A DNA stretch of 64,000 nt from Chloroflexota bacterium (GTDB lineage Bacteria; Chloroflexota; Limnocylindria; Limnocylindrales; CSP1-4). Every line of letters begins with the position of its first letter. Position 1 is the stretch's first letter. Positions 28,815 through 38,695 of this stretch are shown here, in pieces. A program made the position numbers and the translations under genes. The stretch covers positions 208,398-272,397 of the forward strand of contig BPIH01000001.1 in the NCBI GenBank assembly GCA_026004015.1, in the 5' to 3' direction. A model generated the notes under the pieces. The model saw only the letters and a program-made list of their open reading frames with translations. It was not told the DNA's origin and ran no database searches.

Positions 28815-29063
28815 ATGCGCATGCTCACCGAACGAACCCAGGTCCTCCTCTCCCGCGACCAGGTCGAGCGCCTCAAGCGGATCGCGGCCCGGGACCGCCG
28901 CTCCCTCGGCTCGGTGATCCGGGAGGCGGTCGATCGGTACCTCGAGACGGTGCCGGAGCGGCGCTCCGAGGCTGCCCGCCGGATCACCGCGATGGAGCTT
29001 CCGGTCGCCGACTGGGAGACGATGAAGGCCGAGATCCTTCGCGGTCGCCTCGGCTCGGGATGA
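28815..29063 (+). CDS. vapB: ribbon-helix-helix antitoxin (VapB/CopG-like)
   Basis: MRMLTERTQVLLSRDQVERLKRIAARDRRSLGSVIREAVDRYL. The stop overlaps the ATG of the downstream PIN gene (ATGA). Confidence 0.7.
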   Translation: MRMLTERTQVLLSRDQVERLKRIAARDRRSLGSVIREAVDRYLETVPERRSEAARRITAMELPVADWETMKAEILRGRLGSG

Positions 29064-29485
29064 CGGTCTTCGTCGACACGGCGATCCTCATGTACGCGGC
29101 CGGGGCCGAGCACCCGCTGCGGGCGCCCTGCCGGGCCATCGTCCGGGCCGTCGGGGCGCGGACGATCGAGGCGGTGACGAGCACCGAGGTCGTCCAGGAG
29201 CTCCTCCATCGCTACGCCGCCATCGGTCGCCGGTCGGAGGGGACGGCCCTCGCGACGGCGACCCTCGATCTCTTCGCCCCGGTCCTGCCGATCACCCACG
29301 CCCTCATGCGCCGGGTCCCGGAGCTCCTCGAGCGGTTCCCGGCCCTTTCGGCCCGCGACGCGATCCACGTCGCGACGTGCCTCCACGAGGGGATCGCCGA
29401 GATCGTCAGCCCGGACCGGGCCTTCGACGCGGTCCCGGGCCTGCGGCGGATCGACCCGGCGGCGATGCCGCTCCCGTCGGCCTGA
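29060..29485 (+). CDS. vapC: PIN-domain toxin (VapC-like)
   Basis: MTVFVDTAILMYAAG...TSTEVVQELLH...ARDAIHVATC...IVSPDRAF. Confidence 0.8.
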   Translation: MTVFVDTAILMYAAGAEHPLRAPCRAIVRAVGARTIEAVTSTEVVQELLHRYAAIGRRSEGTALATATLDLFAPVLPITHALMRRVPELLERFPALSARDAIHVATCLHEGIAEIVSPDRAFDAVPGLRRIDPAAMPLPSA

Positions 29486-29611
29486 CGCGGCGCATCACGA
29501 CGGCCGGCGAGGACGCCGGCACCTCGGCCGGCGGCGATGGCGCTTCCGCCAGCCTGACGCGGCGCGGCCCGTCGGGTGGTTCGCCGGGTCGCGGAGGCGA
29601 TCGATCCGCGG

Positions 29612-30664
29612 TCAGCCGTTCGCCGGGTCGCGGAGCCCCATCTTCGCCCGGACCTCGGCCATCGTCGCCTCGGCGATCGGCCGGACCCGCTCGGCGCCCG
29701 CGGCGAGGATGGCGTCGACCTCGGCGGGGCGGGCCATGAGCTCGAGGTACCGTTCCGGGCCGGCGCGTAGTGGGCGATGATCCGCTCGGCGAGGAGCCGC
29801 TTCGTGTCGACGCAGCCGGTCCGGGCCGTCCGCTCGCCCTCCCAGATCGTCTCGTAGTCCGGCCCGAAGAAGCGGTGGAGCTGGCAGACGTTGCAGACCT
29901 CCGGGCGCCCGGGGTCGGTCCGCAGGATCCGCTGGGTGTCGGTGACCATCGACATGACCTGCTTTCGGATCACGTCCGGCTCGGCGAGGATGTCGATGGT
30001 GTTGCCGATGGACTTGCTCATCTTCTCGGACGCCGTCGGTCCCGAGGACGACCGGCGCCTCGGTGTAGACCGGCTGCGGCTCGGGGAACGTCTCGCCGTA
30101 GCGGGCGTGGAAGGCCCGGACGATCTCCCGCGACAGCTCCAGGTGGGCGGCCTGGTCCTTGCCGACGGGGACGAGGGAGGCCTTGTAGAGGACGATGTCG
30201 GCGGCCTGGAGGACGGGGTAGGTGAGGAGGCCGTGGTTGACGTCCTCGGGCTGGTTCTGCCGCTTCTCCTTGTACGTCGGCGTCCGCTGGAGCCAGCTCA
30301 CCGGGGTCACGGTCGCCAGGAGCCAGGCGAGCTCGGTCACCTCGGGCCGGTGGGACTGGACGAAGAGGGTGCACTTCGCCGGGTCGAGGCCGAGGGCGAG
30401 GAGGGCGGCCGCCATCTCCCGGGTCTGGCGGCGGAGGCGCTCGGGGTCGTGGACGCTCGTGAGGGCGTGGTAGTCGACGATGCAGTAGATCGCCTCGTAC
30501 TCGTCCTGGAGGCGGACGTAGTTCCGGATCGCCCCGAGGTCGTTGCCGAGGTGGGGGACGCCGGAGGGCTGGATGCCGCTGAAGATGCGGGGTCGGGGCG
30601 GCACGGCGGCGGGGGCGGGCGGCGAGGCCTGCGCGGTCGGGGACGGGGTGCCGGAGGTCGTCAT
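29612..30664 (-). CDS. trpS: tryptophan--tRNA ligase, with two compensating frameshifts (~30032 and ~29756)
   Basis: N-terminal part has IFSGIQPSGVPHLGN (HIGH-type). The middle segment, carrying KMSKSIGNTIDI, lies in another frame (ORF 29212..30021). The C-terminus ERYLELMARPAEVDAILAAGAERVR is back in the first frame. Confidence 0.9.
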   Translation of the reverse strand: MTTSGTPSPTAQASPPAPAAVPPRPRIFSGIQPSGVPHLGNDLGAIRNYVRLQDEYEAIYCIVDYHALTSVHDPERLRRQTREMAAALLALGLDPAKCTLFVQSHRPEVTELAWLLATVTPVSWLQRTPTYKEKRQNQPEDVNHGLLTYPVLQAADIVLYKASLVPVGKDQAAHLELSREIVRAFHARYGETFPEPQPVYTEAPVVLGTDGVREDEQVHRQHHRHPRRAGRDPKAGHVDGHRHPADPADRPRAPGGLQRLPAPPLLRAGLRDDLGGRADGPDRLRRHEAAPRRADHRPLRAGPERYLELMARPAEVDAILAAGAERVRPIAEATMAEVRAKMGLRDPANG

Positions 30665-30746
30665 GGGTCGGGAGTGTAGCGGCCGAGTCCTCCGGTTCGG
30701 TGGGCTGCTCGCCCATGTCGGTTGCTCTCGCGGCGGCGCCGCAGTT

Positions 30747-31814
30747 TCAGCGCTCCTTCAGGAGGGCCGCCGGCGAGCCGGCTCCGGCTAGCCATGCACC
30801 GAGCGGGCCCACGAGAACCGTGACCGCGGCCGCGAGCGTCGAAGAGCGAAGGGCAAGCCATGCCGCGTCTACACTCGGCGGCCCAGTTCGGAGCGCTCCG
30901 GCAGTGATACCCCAGAGCGATCCGACCAGCAGGGCGCCCGACACGAGCACGATCGCCTCGACCTGGTGCATGAGGAGGAGTCCGAGACGCCCGAGGCCGA
31001 AGGCCCGGTAGAGCGCAGCGTCCGCGCGGCGAAAGAGGGCGGCGAGGGCAAGCACCGTCGCCCCGACGAGCCCCACCAGGACCCATGCCCAGCGCTGCGG
31101 CCGACGCGCGAGCATCTCTCCCGGGTTGACGTCGAAAGCCCCGCGCGACACGACCGGTCGTGCCTCTACCTCGTCCGGCGCGAAGTGGGCGGGTAGCCAG
31201 CCGAGCGCAGCTGGAAGGGCATTCGGGACGAGCTCGACCCAACACTGGGCGAGGCGTCCGCTCGGGGCGACAGGATCGAGGATCACCCGGGCCGCGAGTG
31301 GATTCCTCTCAGACGGATCGGCAACGGTCACCGGTGCAGCCGGCATCCCGTCCAGCCCCAACCAAGCGCCATCTCTGAGCCCGATCTCCTGGGCTACGGC
31401 CCGGCCGACCACGTACCCAGGCCGTGAGGGACTCGATGACCGGGGATCCCAGACCCGAACGATGTCGCCCGTGATCTCCCAGAGCTCGAAAGGAACCCTG
31501 GGCGCGTTCAGCGCGCTGCGCTGACCGGCCCGTCGCCAGCCGCCCGCGCCGGAGACGAAGGGCCGCCAGCGCAGCTCCTCACAACGGTCGGCAGCGAGAC
31601 CGTCGGGGCCGTCGACGACCGCGACTCGGCCACCCGCCGCGTCGAACCGCCGAACCTGATCCTTGACGTCGGCGGCGGTCGCCAACTCGGCCGAGACCAG
31701 GCCGGCAACCATGGTGCTCAAGGCAATGCCCACTACGCCCCCGCGAATTCCGGACGCGCCGAGGTTCGCGAGCGCCTCGTGGACGATGGTGCGGAGCCGC
31801 CAACCGCTGCTCAT
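30747..31814 (-). CDS. FtsX/MacB-like ABC transporter permease
   Basis: N-terminal TM, ~200-aa extracytoplasmic domain, then three C-terminal TMs. 4-nt overlap with the ATPase gene. Confidence 0.65.
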   Translation of the reverse strand: MSSGWRLRTIVHEALANLGASGIRGGVVGIALSTMVAGLVSAELATAADVKDQVRRFDAAGGRVAVVDGPDGLAADRCEELRWRPFVSGAGGWRRAGQRSALNAPRVPFELWEITGDIVRVWDPRSSSPSRPGYVVGRAVAQEIGLRDGAWLGLDGMPAAPVTVADPSERNPLAARVILDPVAPSGRLAQCWVELVPNALPAALGWLPAHFAPDEVEARPVVSRGAFDVNPGEMLARRPQRWAWVLVGLVGATVLALAALFRRADAALYRAFGLGRLGLLLMHQVEAIVLVSGALLVGSLWGITAGALRTGPPSVDAAWLALRSSTLAAAVTVLVGPLGAWLAGAGSPAALLKER

Positions 31815-32455
31815 GACAGTGCTCTGAGCCGCCCGTCGACGAGCTCGTAGCGACGGCGACAGCGATCGGCCAGCAACGGGTCGTGGGATGCGACCACGAT
31901 TGCCGTCCCCGCCGGGCGGGCTGTGAAAAGGGCGTCGGCAACGAGCAAGGACGTGGAGCGGTCCAGCTGCCCGGTGGGTTCGTCCGTAAGGACATATCGC
32001 GGTCGCCCCACCAGGGCACGGGCCACGCCGACGCGCTGCGCCTCGCCGCCCGAAAGGGTCATCGCGGGTCGATCCTCCAATCCCCTCAACCCGACCGTCT
32101 CCAGCATGGTCCGAGCACGCTCCCGCGCCTCGTCAACGCTGTAGCCCAAGGCGAGGAGGCCGAGTGCCACGTTGTCGAGGGCCGTCCGCCGGCCGAGCAG
32201 GTTGATGGTCTGGAAGATCCAACTCAAGGAGCCGGAGGGCAGTTCTTCGCGTCCCACGACGAAGCCGTCCAGGACGACTTCACCCTCGGTCGGTTGAAGC
32301 AAGCCACCCATGATGCTGAGGAGGGTCGTCTTGCCGGAACCCGACGGACCAACGATGGCGAGCGTGTCGTCTGCCTCGACCTCCAGGTCGACGTCGACGA
32401 GCACTATTGGTCCGTTGCCGTATCGGTGCGCGACTCCGCTCACCCTGAGGGACAT
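31811..32455 (-). CDS. ABC transporter ATP-binding protein (MacB/LolD-like)
   Basis: Walker A GPSGSGKTTLL, signature LSGGEAQRV, Walker B YVLTDEPTGQLD. Confidence 0.9.
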   Translation of the reverse strand: MSLRVSGVAHRYGNGPIVLVDVDLEVEADDTLAIVGPSGSGKTTLLSIMGGLLQPTEGEVVLDGFVVGREELPSGSLSWIFQTINLLGRRTALDNVALGLLALGYSVDEARERARTMLETVGLRGLEDRPAMTLSGGEAQRVGVARALVGRPRYVLTDEPTGQLDRSTSLLVADALFTARPAGTAIVVASHDPLLADRCRRRYELVDGRLRALS

Positions 32456-33534
32456 GCCGGTTCGTCCAGAATGTCCGCTGGATTCTCGAGAACGGCGGCC
32501 GAGGTCGCCGCGGGCCGGACAAATGTGACGCCCGCCCGGCCGCCCACGACCTCGACGGTCGTCGGCTCGTATGTCCCTCCGCGCTCGACCCAGACGCAGA
32601 GTCGTCCGTCCGCCCCCGACATCACGGCGCTCGCCGGCAGGGCCCAGACGGCGAGTGGCTGCGCCAGCCGAACAGAGCCCGAGGCGCTATCCGTGGCTGG
32701 CGCGAGGATGCGCGATAGGCTTGCGAGGCCGTTTCCGTCGAGTCCGCCCGTCGTCCCATCCAGGGGGAGCGCGGCGTCTCCGATCTGGAGGATGTAACGA
32801 ACTCCTGGTTCCAACGTGAGCGGCCCGCCGTCGACCCGCTCGAGGTCGACCGAAGCGAGCTCAGGAGCCCCTGCCGCTATCGCCGTCCCGGCCGGCGGGG
32901 CCGGCGTCCCGGGCCGGAGCGCCACCGTGGCCACCTCGAGCTGCTCCGTCGGCAGCCACACGAACCAGGCCGGATCGAAGACATCGACCGGCTCCAGGAG
33001 GCCGAGGTCCGCGGTGAGCGCAGCGATCGCGCGCCTCGTCACCGGGCCAACGCGGTCGTTCTCTTCCGGTCCCGCCGCGAGATAGCCGAGCCTGACGAGG
33101 GCGTCCTGGAGCCAGCCCACGTCGGGCCCACGATCGCCGCTCGACAAGGCGCGGAAGAACGGCTGCGGGGTGTGGACGGCGAGTCGTACCACGCCGTCGA
33201 GCGAGGCTACACGGTCTCCGCTGCGTATCGTGCCGCCTGGCTCCAGCCAGACCGCGCCGACCATGCCCGACCAAGTTGGGGCGTAGAGGGTGGGGCCATC
33301 CTGCCATCGCAGCTTGGCGACCACCCCTGTGCGGTCGTCGAACTCTACCAATCGGGCGGGCTGGACGAACGGCGCGGGCTCGCCGCCGACGTCGTCGAGC
33401 CGTTCCGCAGCGAGCAGCAGGCCGATGAGCGCGCCGGCCGGCACGCCGATGAAGAGCGCTGCGGCGGCCATCCAACTCAGCGGAGCGAGGTGTCTTCTAA
33501 CCCGGGCCAGGCGTTGGGGCATGGGTCGGTCCAC
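32440..33534 (-). CDS. membrane-anchored periplasmic-adaptor-like protein with peptidoglycan-binding domain
   Basis: N-terminal TM. PG_binding_1-like segment GDRGPDVGWLQDALVRLGYLAAGPEENDRVGPVTRRAIAAL. C-terminal beta-rich HlyD-like region. Overlaps the ATPase gene by 16 nt. Confidence 0.6.
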   Translation of the reverse strand: MDRPMPQRLARVRRHLAPLSWMAAAALFIGVPAGALIGLLLAAERLDDVGGEPAPFVQPARLVEFDDRTGVVAKLRWQDGPTLYAPTWSGMVGAVWLEPGGTIRSGDRVASLDGVVRLAVHTPQPFFRALSSGDRGPDVGWLQDALVRLGYLAAGPEENDRVGPVTRRAIAALTADLGLLEPVDVFDPAWFVWLPTEQLEVATVALRPGTPAPPAGTAIAAGAPELASVDLERVDGGPLTLEPGVRYILQIGDAALPLDGTTGGLDGNGLASLSRILAPATDSASGSVRLAQPLAVWALPASAVMSGADGRLCVWVERGGTYEPTTVEVVGGRAGVTFVRPAATSAAVLENPADILDEPACPSG

Positions 33535-33591
33535 GGCGGATGCTCCTCCGAAGATGTGCTGGGGGAACGGACTGGGGGCCAGCGCTCGTCC

Positions 33592-34179
33592 TCAGTCTCC
33601 CTCCCACGGCTCACACGGCGGAACCGCGTTGACGGCCTCCTCCACCGTTGGCGGGTCGGAGACGGGCAGACCGTGCTCTCGCGCGCACTCCCACGCCCGT
33701 TCGAGCCACTCCTGGATCTCCGCCTCCGTCGGAGCGAACTGATGGAGGAAGACCCACTCCACGGCGTAGGACCATTGGGCCTGGCAGCGGGCGTTCACCT
33801 CGCCGAAGCGATCCTCGGCATCGTTGCCTACGTGGGCGTTCAAGGTCAGCTTTAATCGCGGATCGAAACCCGGCAGGACGAGGACGTACCCGTCCGGGTA
33901 GCGCAGCGGCCCCTCGACATCGAAGCCCTCGTCGCGCATGCACTGGATGGCCGCCGAGAAGGCCCGCTCGTACTCGTCGAAGGTCACCTTCCCGTCGGCG
34001 AAGATGGCTTCCTGGAGCGCTCGGCCACCGACGTCCGGTCCGGGATCGGCAGGCAGTCGCCCACGGAAGACGATCGGCGTCGCGCTCGGGGACGGCACCT
34101 GCGAGCAGCCGATGCAGAGGGCTGCGACGGCGCCCAGAAGCGCGCGTCCGATTACGCGCCGCCGGTAGCAGCTCACCAT
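33592..34179 (-). CDS. probable secreted protein/lipoprotein, unknown function, Cys-rich
   Basis: Signal-like N-terminus ending ALCIGCS. Protein-like composition, lower-GC codon usage. Confidence 0.55.
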   Translation of the reverse strand: MVSCYRRRVIGRALLGAVAALCIGCSQVPSPSATPIVFRGRLPADPGPDVGGRALQEAIFADGKVTFDEYERAFSAAIQCMRDEGFDVEGPLRYPDGYVLVLPGFDPRLKLTLNAHVGNDAEDRFGEVNARCQAQWSYAVEWVFLHQFAPTEAEIQEWLERAWECAREHGLPVSDPPTVEEAVNAVPPCEPWEGD

Positions 34180-34203
34180 TACTGATGCCCGGGCAGTGGG
34201 CGC

Positions 34204-34614
34204 TTACCAGGCGTGCGGTTGCTGGGTCGGTGACCAGGAGTTCCACCAACTTTCCATGGCTCTGTGCTGACTTGCCACCGCCGTCGAACCGACGAGGTTG
34301 CGGAACACCCTGAAGTTCGCCGGGAAGTCGGGGACTCCGACTGCGTCGGACCAGAACCAGCCAGAATCTAGAGGGCCGGGATTCGATTTCAGGCGGACAG
34401 CGAGGTGCCTACATGCCCCGTTATAGTTCGTGGTCCGCCCGAAGGCCATGTTGTTCTCGGCCCCATGGTCCCCAGAGAACAGGCACGTGGTGTACTGGTT
34501 GGCGTAGCTCCATGGGCCTCCTGCACTGACAGCTCCGCCGAGCGCGATCCCATGCAGGATGAGACTCATCACGACACCGACCGACAGGGGACGGAAGGGA
34601 TGCAGCGCCGACAT
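34204..34614 (-). CDS. small secreted protein (mature ~105 aa, two Cys, Trp-rich), unknown function
   Basis: Signal peptide VVMSLILHGIALGGAVSAGG, then PWSYANQY.... Lower-GC region. First gene of a five-gene same-strand cluster. Confidence 0.55.
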   Translation of the reverse strand: MSALHPFRPLSVGVVMSLILHGIALGGAVSAGGPWSYANQYTTCLFSGDHGAENNMAFGRTTNYNGACRHLAVRLKSNPGPLDSGWFWSDAVGVPDFPANFRVFRNLVGSTAVASQHRAMESWWNSWSPTQQPHAW

Positions 34615-34744
34615 TCACCCACCTCCCGACAGGTCAACGCAGCCAGCCGACCGGTCAGCCCGTCATGATCCGTACTCACATGTCGAGCCGATACACTGAT
34701 TATCCCGTGGCTGTCAATACCAACCCTCCGGAGCTGATTGATCC

Positions 34745-36160
34745 GTGGCTCCGGCGGACGTGTCAGCGGGCGCGAGTATCCGCCATCCTTGGACGAGCGG
34801 CCCGGTGAGGCGCTGGCGCTCAGGTCCTTGGGGCGGCACGACGCATGCCGATGACGATCGCCCCGGGCGGGGGTCGCTCCAGTACCATTCGGCCGATGAT
34901 GGCGACCCCCGACCTGATCGACCCCGCGCCGCCCGCCGCGGAGCCGGCGCCCTGCCCGGAGCCGGTGCCCTCCCCGGAGCCGGTGCCCGACTGGCGCCCG
35001 CCAAGGGCACCCCCGGCGAGGCTCCCTCGACGACCGCGCCCGTCGACGCTCCCGAGCGTGCCCCCGCCCGTGCCGCCCGGCTCCGTCCCGCGCGCCGGCC
35101 GCTCCGGGTCGCCGTCCTCGGGGCCGGGACCGTCGGCCGCCCCGTCATCGAGGCGCTCCTCGCCCAAAGCACCCGCCTCACCGACCACGACGGGGCGCCC
35201 CTCGAGCTCGTCGGCGTCGCCGTCCGCGATCTCGACGGGGCCCGGGCGGCCGGCATCCCCGAGGACCTGCTCACCGACGCCCCGGCCCACCTCGTCGCCG
35301 ACCCCGGAACCGACCTCGTCGTCGAGCTCATCGGCGGCGACGAGCCGGCGCGAACCCTCATCGTCGCCGCCCTCACGGCCGGCAAGGCCGTCGTCACGGC
35401 GAACAAGCACGTGATCGCTCACCACGGACCGGACCTGGAGCGCCTGGCCCGGGCGTCCGGGGCGCCGCTCCGCTTCGAGGCCGCCGTCGGGGGCGGGATC
35501 CCGATCCTCGGGCCGCTGGCCGCCGACCTCGCCGCGAACGAGATCAGCCGGGTCCGGGGGATCGTGAACGGGACGACGAACTTCATCCTCACCGAGATGG
35601 CGACCGCCGGCCGCGACTACGCCGCCGCCCTGGCCGAGGCCCAGGCGGCGGGGTACGCCGAGGCCGATCCCTCGGGCGATGTCGAGGGCTTCGACGCCCG
35701 GAACAAGCTCGTCATCCTCGCCCGCCTCGCCTTCGGCGTCTGGCTCGAGCCGCGGAGCGTCGTCCGGCGGGGGATCGTCGGGATCGACGCGGCCGACCTG
35801 CGACGGGCCGCCGCCGAGGGCTACGCCATCCGGCTCGTGGCTCGGGCCGAGGGGACACCCGAGGGGGTCGCCGCCGCCGTCGAGCCGTGCGCGGTCCCGC
35901 TCGATTCGCCCCTCGGCCGAACCGACGGCGTCCTGAATCGGATCGAGATCGAGGGCCGCCCGGTCGGCCGGGTCGCCTTCGAGGGTCCGGGCGCCGGCGG
36001 GGCCGCGACGAGCAGCGCCGTCCTCGGCGACTGCCTCGCCGTCGCCCGAGGCGCCGGGAGCACGTGGGCGGGTCTCCCGCCGGCCGGCTGGGCCGAAGCG
36101 GTCGCGGCACCGACCTCGGCGGGCTGCTTCGCCGACCGTTACCCGATCCTCGAGCCGTGA
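34745..36160 (+). CDS. hom: homoserine dehydrogenase (core from ~35099; true start uncertain)
   Basis: [51 protein letters not shown]. No convincing in-frame start lies close to the core. An alternative ATG (34896) is in another frame. Confidence 0.85.
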   Translation: MAPADVSAGASIRHPWTSGPVRRWRSGPWGGTTHADDDRPGRGSLQYHSADDGDPRPDRPRAARRGAGALPGAGALPGAGARLAPAKGTPGEAPSTTAPVDAPERAPARAARLRPARRPLRVAVLGAGTVGRPVIEALLAQSTRLTDHDGAPLELVGVAVRDLDGARAAGIPEDLLTDAPAHLVADPGTDLVVELIGGDEPARTLIVAALTAGKAVVTANKHVIAHHGPDLERLARASGAPLRFEAAVGGGIPILGPLAADLAANEISRVRGIVNGTTNFILTEMATAGRDYAAALAEAQAAGYAEADPSGDVEGFDARNKLVILARLAFGVWLEPRSVVRRGIVGIDAADLRRAAAEGYAIRLVARAEGTPEGVAAAVEPCAVPLDSPLGRTDGVLNRIEIEGRPVGRVAFEGPGAGGAATSSAVLGDCLAVARGAGSTWAGLPPAGWAEAVAAPTSAGCFADRYPILEP

Positions 36161-37257
36161 TCGGCCGTCCCCCCGCCGCTGCAACGGCCGGCCGGGCCGG
36201 CGGGCGCCCGAGCCTCGTCGAGCGCTACCGGGCCTTCCTGCCGATCACCGAGGCGACCCCCGTCGTCTCTCTCGGAGAAGGCTTCACGCCCCTCGTCCAC
36301 GCCCGCCGCCTCGGCGCGGCGCTCGGCCTCGCGAACCTCTACCTGAAGCTCGAGGGCCTGAACCCCACCGGCTCGTTCAAGGACCGCGGCATGGTCGTCG
36401 CCGTCGCCAAGGCCCTGGAAGCCGGTGCGGAGGCGATCGTCTGTGCCTCGACCGGCAACACCTCGGCCTCGGCGGCGGCCTACGGGGCGGCGGCGGGCCT
36501 CCGGGTCGTCGTCGTCCTGCCGAAGGGTCAGATCGCCCTCGGCAAGCTCCTCCAGGCCCTCGCCGCCGGGGCGACGGTCATCGCCGTCGACGGGAACTTC
36601 GATGCCGCCCTTCGGATCGTCCGGGCCCTCGCCGAGGAGGAGCCGGGGCGGGTGACCCTGGTGAACTCCGTGAACCCGCACCGCCTCGAGGGCCAGAAGA
36701 CCGGCGCCTTCGAGGTCTGCGACGATCTCGGCCGGGCCCCGGACGTCCTTGCCATCCCGGTCGGCAACGCCGGCAACATCAGCGCCTACTGGGCGGGCTT
36801 CCGGGCCTACGCCGGTGCCGGGAGGATCGCGGCCCTCCCTCGGATGTGGGGCTTCCAGGCCGCCGGGGCGGCCCCGATCGTCCGAGGGGCACCGGTCGAG
36901 CGCCCCGAGACGATCGCGACGGCGATCCGGATCGGGAATCCGGCCTCCTGGGCGAAGGCCGTCGCCGCCCGCGACGAATCGGGCGGTCGGATCGACGCCG
37001 TCACCGACGACGAGATCCTCGCAGCCTACCGGGACCTCGCCCGGCTCGAGGGGATCTTCTGCGAGCCCTCGTCGGCGGCGAGCGTCGCCGGGGTCGCGAA
37101 GGCCGCCCAGGCCGGGGCGCTCGATCCGGAGGCCCTCGTCGTCTGCGTCCTGACCGGGAACGGTCTCAAGGACCCGGTGACGGCCGAGCGGATCGTCGGC
37201 CCGGTCGTCGAGACGGCGGCGACCCTCGAGGCGGTCCGGGAGGCGCTCGGGTGGTAG
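36157..37257 (+). CDS. thrC: threonine synthase
   Basis: GTG 36157 overlaps the hom [16 protein letters not shown]-lysine motif, STGNTSAS, and full-length family similarity. Confidence 0.92.
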   Translation: MIGRPPAAATAGRAGGRPSLVERYRAFLPITEATPVVSLGEGFTPLVHARRLGAALGLANLYLKLEGLNPTGSFKDRGMVVAVAKALEAGAEAIVCASTGNTSASAAAYGAAAGLRVVVVLPKGQIALGKLLQALAAGATVIAVDGNFDAALRIVRALAEEEPGRVTLVNSVNPHRLEGQKTGAFEVCDDLGRAPDVLAIPVGNAGNISAYWAGFRAYAGAGRIAALPRMWGFQAAGAAPIVRGAPVERPETIATAIRIGNPASWAKAVAARDESGGRIDAVTDDEILAAYRDLARLEGIFCEPSSAASVAGVAKAAQAGALDPEALVVCVLTGNGLKDPVTAERIVGPVVETAATLEAVREALGW

Positions 37258-37385
37258 GTGCGGGCGAGGTCGGCCCGGGCTGCTGTCCACCGTCGGCGGA
37301 CACGTCGGCGCCCTTGCCGCGACCTCGCGTCCGCCGTCCGGCGTTGCCGGCCGCGCCGGCCTGATCCGGTTCCGAGGAGGTCCCC

Positions 37386-38351
37386 ATGCACTGGATCGCC
37401 GAGCTCGACGGCCGCCGGATCACGGTCGAGGTCCCCGCCAGCAGCGCGAACCTCGGGGCCGGCTACGACTGCCTCGCCCTCGCCCTTAGCATCCCGCTCC
37501 GGGCCGAGATCGAGGTCATCGGCTGGAGCAAGGGCGAGTCGAGCTGACGGTCAGCGGGGAAGGGGAGGGCGAGCTGCCGGCCGACCGCCAGAACCGGATC
37601 GTCCGGGGCCTCGCTGGCCGCCATCGAGAGCGGCCCGCGGTCCCGGTGCCCGATCGGGTCGGCTGGCGGATCGGCGTCCGGAGCGAGATCCCCCTCGCCC
37701 GGGGCCTCGGCTCGTCGGCCGCGGCGACCGTCGCCGGCCTCGTCGCCGGCAACGTCCTCGCTGGCGAGGGCCTGACGACGACCGACCTCCTCCGCCTCGC
37801 GACCGAGATCGAGGGCCACCCCGACAACGCCGCCGCGGCGCTCCTCGGCGGGTTCGTCGTCGTCGGGCCCGCCCCGGACGGGGACCGGCTCGAGGCGATC
37901 CGCTTCGACGCGCCCCGGGATCTCCGGGCGATCCTCTTCATCCCCGAGCGACGCCTGGCGACCGAGGAGATGCGGCGGATCCTGCCGGCCTCGGTCCCCC
38001 TCGTCGACGCCGTCGCGAACCTCGGGCGGGTCGGCCTCGGGGTCGCCGGCCTCTCGGTCGGGCGGACCGACCTGCTCCGGGTCCTCACCGAGGACCGGCT
38101 CCACGAGCCGTACCGCGCGGCGGTCTTCCCGGAGCTGCCGCGGCTCACGGCCGCCGCCCGGGCGGCCGGGGCCCTCGGGGCGTGCCTCTCGGGTGCCGGC
38201 TCGACGGTCGTCGCCTTCGCCGACAGCGTCGCTTCGATCACCCGGGTCGAGGCCGCTCTGGCGGCCGCCGGCCGCCGATCTCGACCTCCCGGGCCGGATC
38301 GCGGTCGTCGCGCCCCGGAACGCCGGGGCGACGGTGGTAGGCCGCGGCTGA
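37386..38351 (+). CDS. thrB: homoserine kinase, with two frameshifts (~37537 and ~38268)
   Basis: [28 protein letters not shown] (frame 0). VELTVSGEG...[17 protein letters not shown]...[13 protein letters not shown]...LSGAGSTV (frame 2). [23 protein letters not shown] (frame 0 again). Confidence 0.88.
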
Positions 38352-38373
38352 GCCGCTCGCCCGCCCGTCGGGG

Positions 38374-38559
38374 TCAGCGCTTCGCGAGGAGCCAGGCGAG
38401 CGAGGCGAGCCCGACGAAGGCCACGACGGCGAGGAGCGGCCCCGGGACCGTCAGGAGGAGCTGGTTCCAGGCGCCGCGGAGGGCGGCCCCGACCGCCTCG
38501 AAGGCGTTCGCCCAGAGCCCGACGAGTCCGTCGCCGACGGCGCGCGCCAGTCCGTCCAT
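38374..38559 (-). CDS. small hydrophobic protein (61 aa)
   Basis: Two hydrophobic helices. No antisense conserved gene explains the ORF. Weak RBS. Confidence 0.35.
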   Translation of the reverse strand: MDGLARAVGDGLVGLWANAFEAVGAALRGAWNQLLLTVPGPLLAVVAFVGLASLAWLLAKR

Positions 38560-38695
38560 CCGCTCCAGTGTCCCCCAGCTGTCAAGGGGCGTCCGGTCGT
38601 CGCCGGGGCCCGGCGTCGCGGCCCGGCTCGTCGGGGTCGCCGGCCCGCGGCTCCGTGGCCCGGCGTCGCGGTCCTCGGGGCCCGAAGCGCGCCGC

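Noticed and set aside
29612-30664. Compensating frameshift pairs (trpS, thrB, fabH return to the original frame), considered as programmed recoding or real compensated mutations.
   Set aside because: Junctions are simple single-base gains or losses in G/C-rich sequence with no slippery heptamer or stimulatory structure. Other genes (fabF, manC-like, lysC, accDA, accC) show uncompensated breaks. Random assembly indels of both signs explain the pattern.
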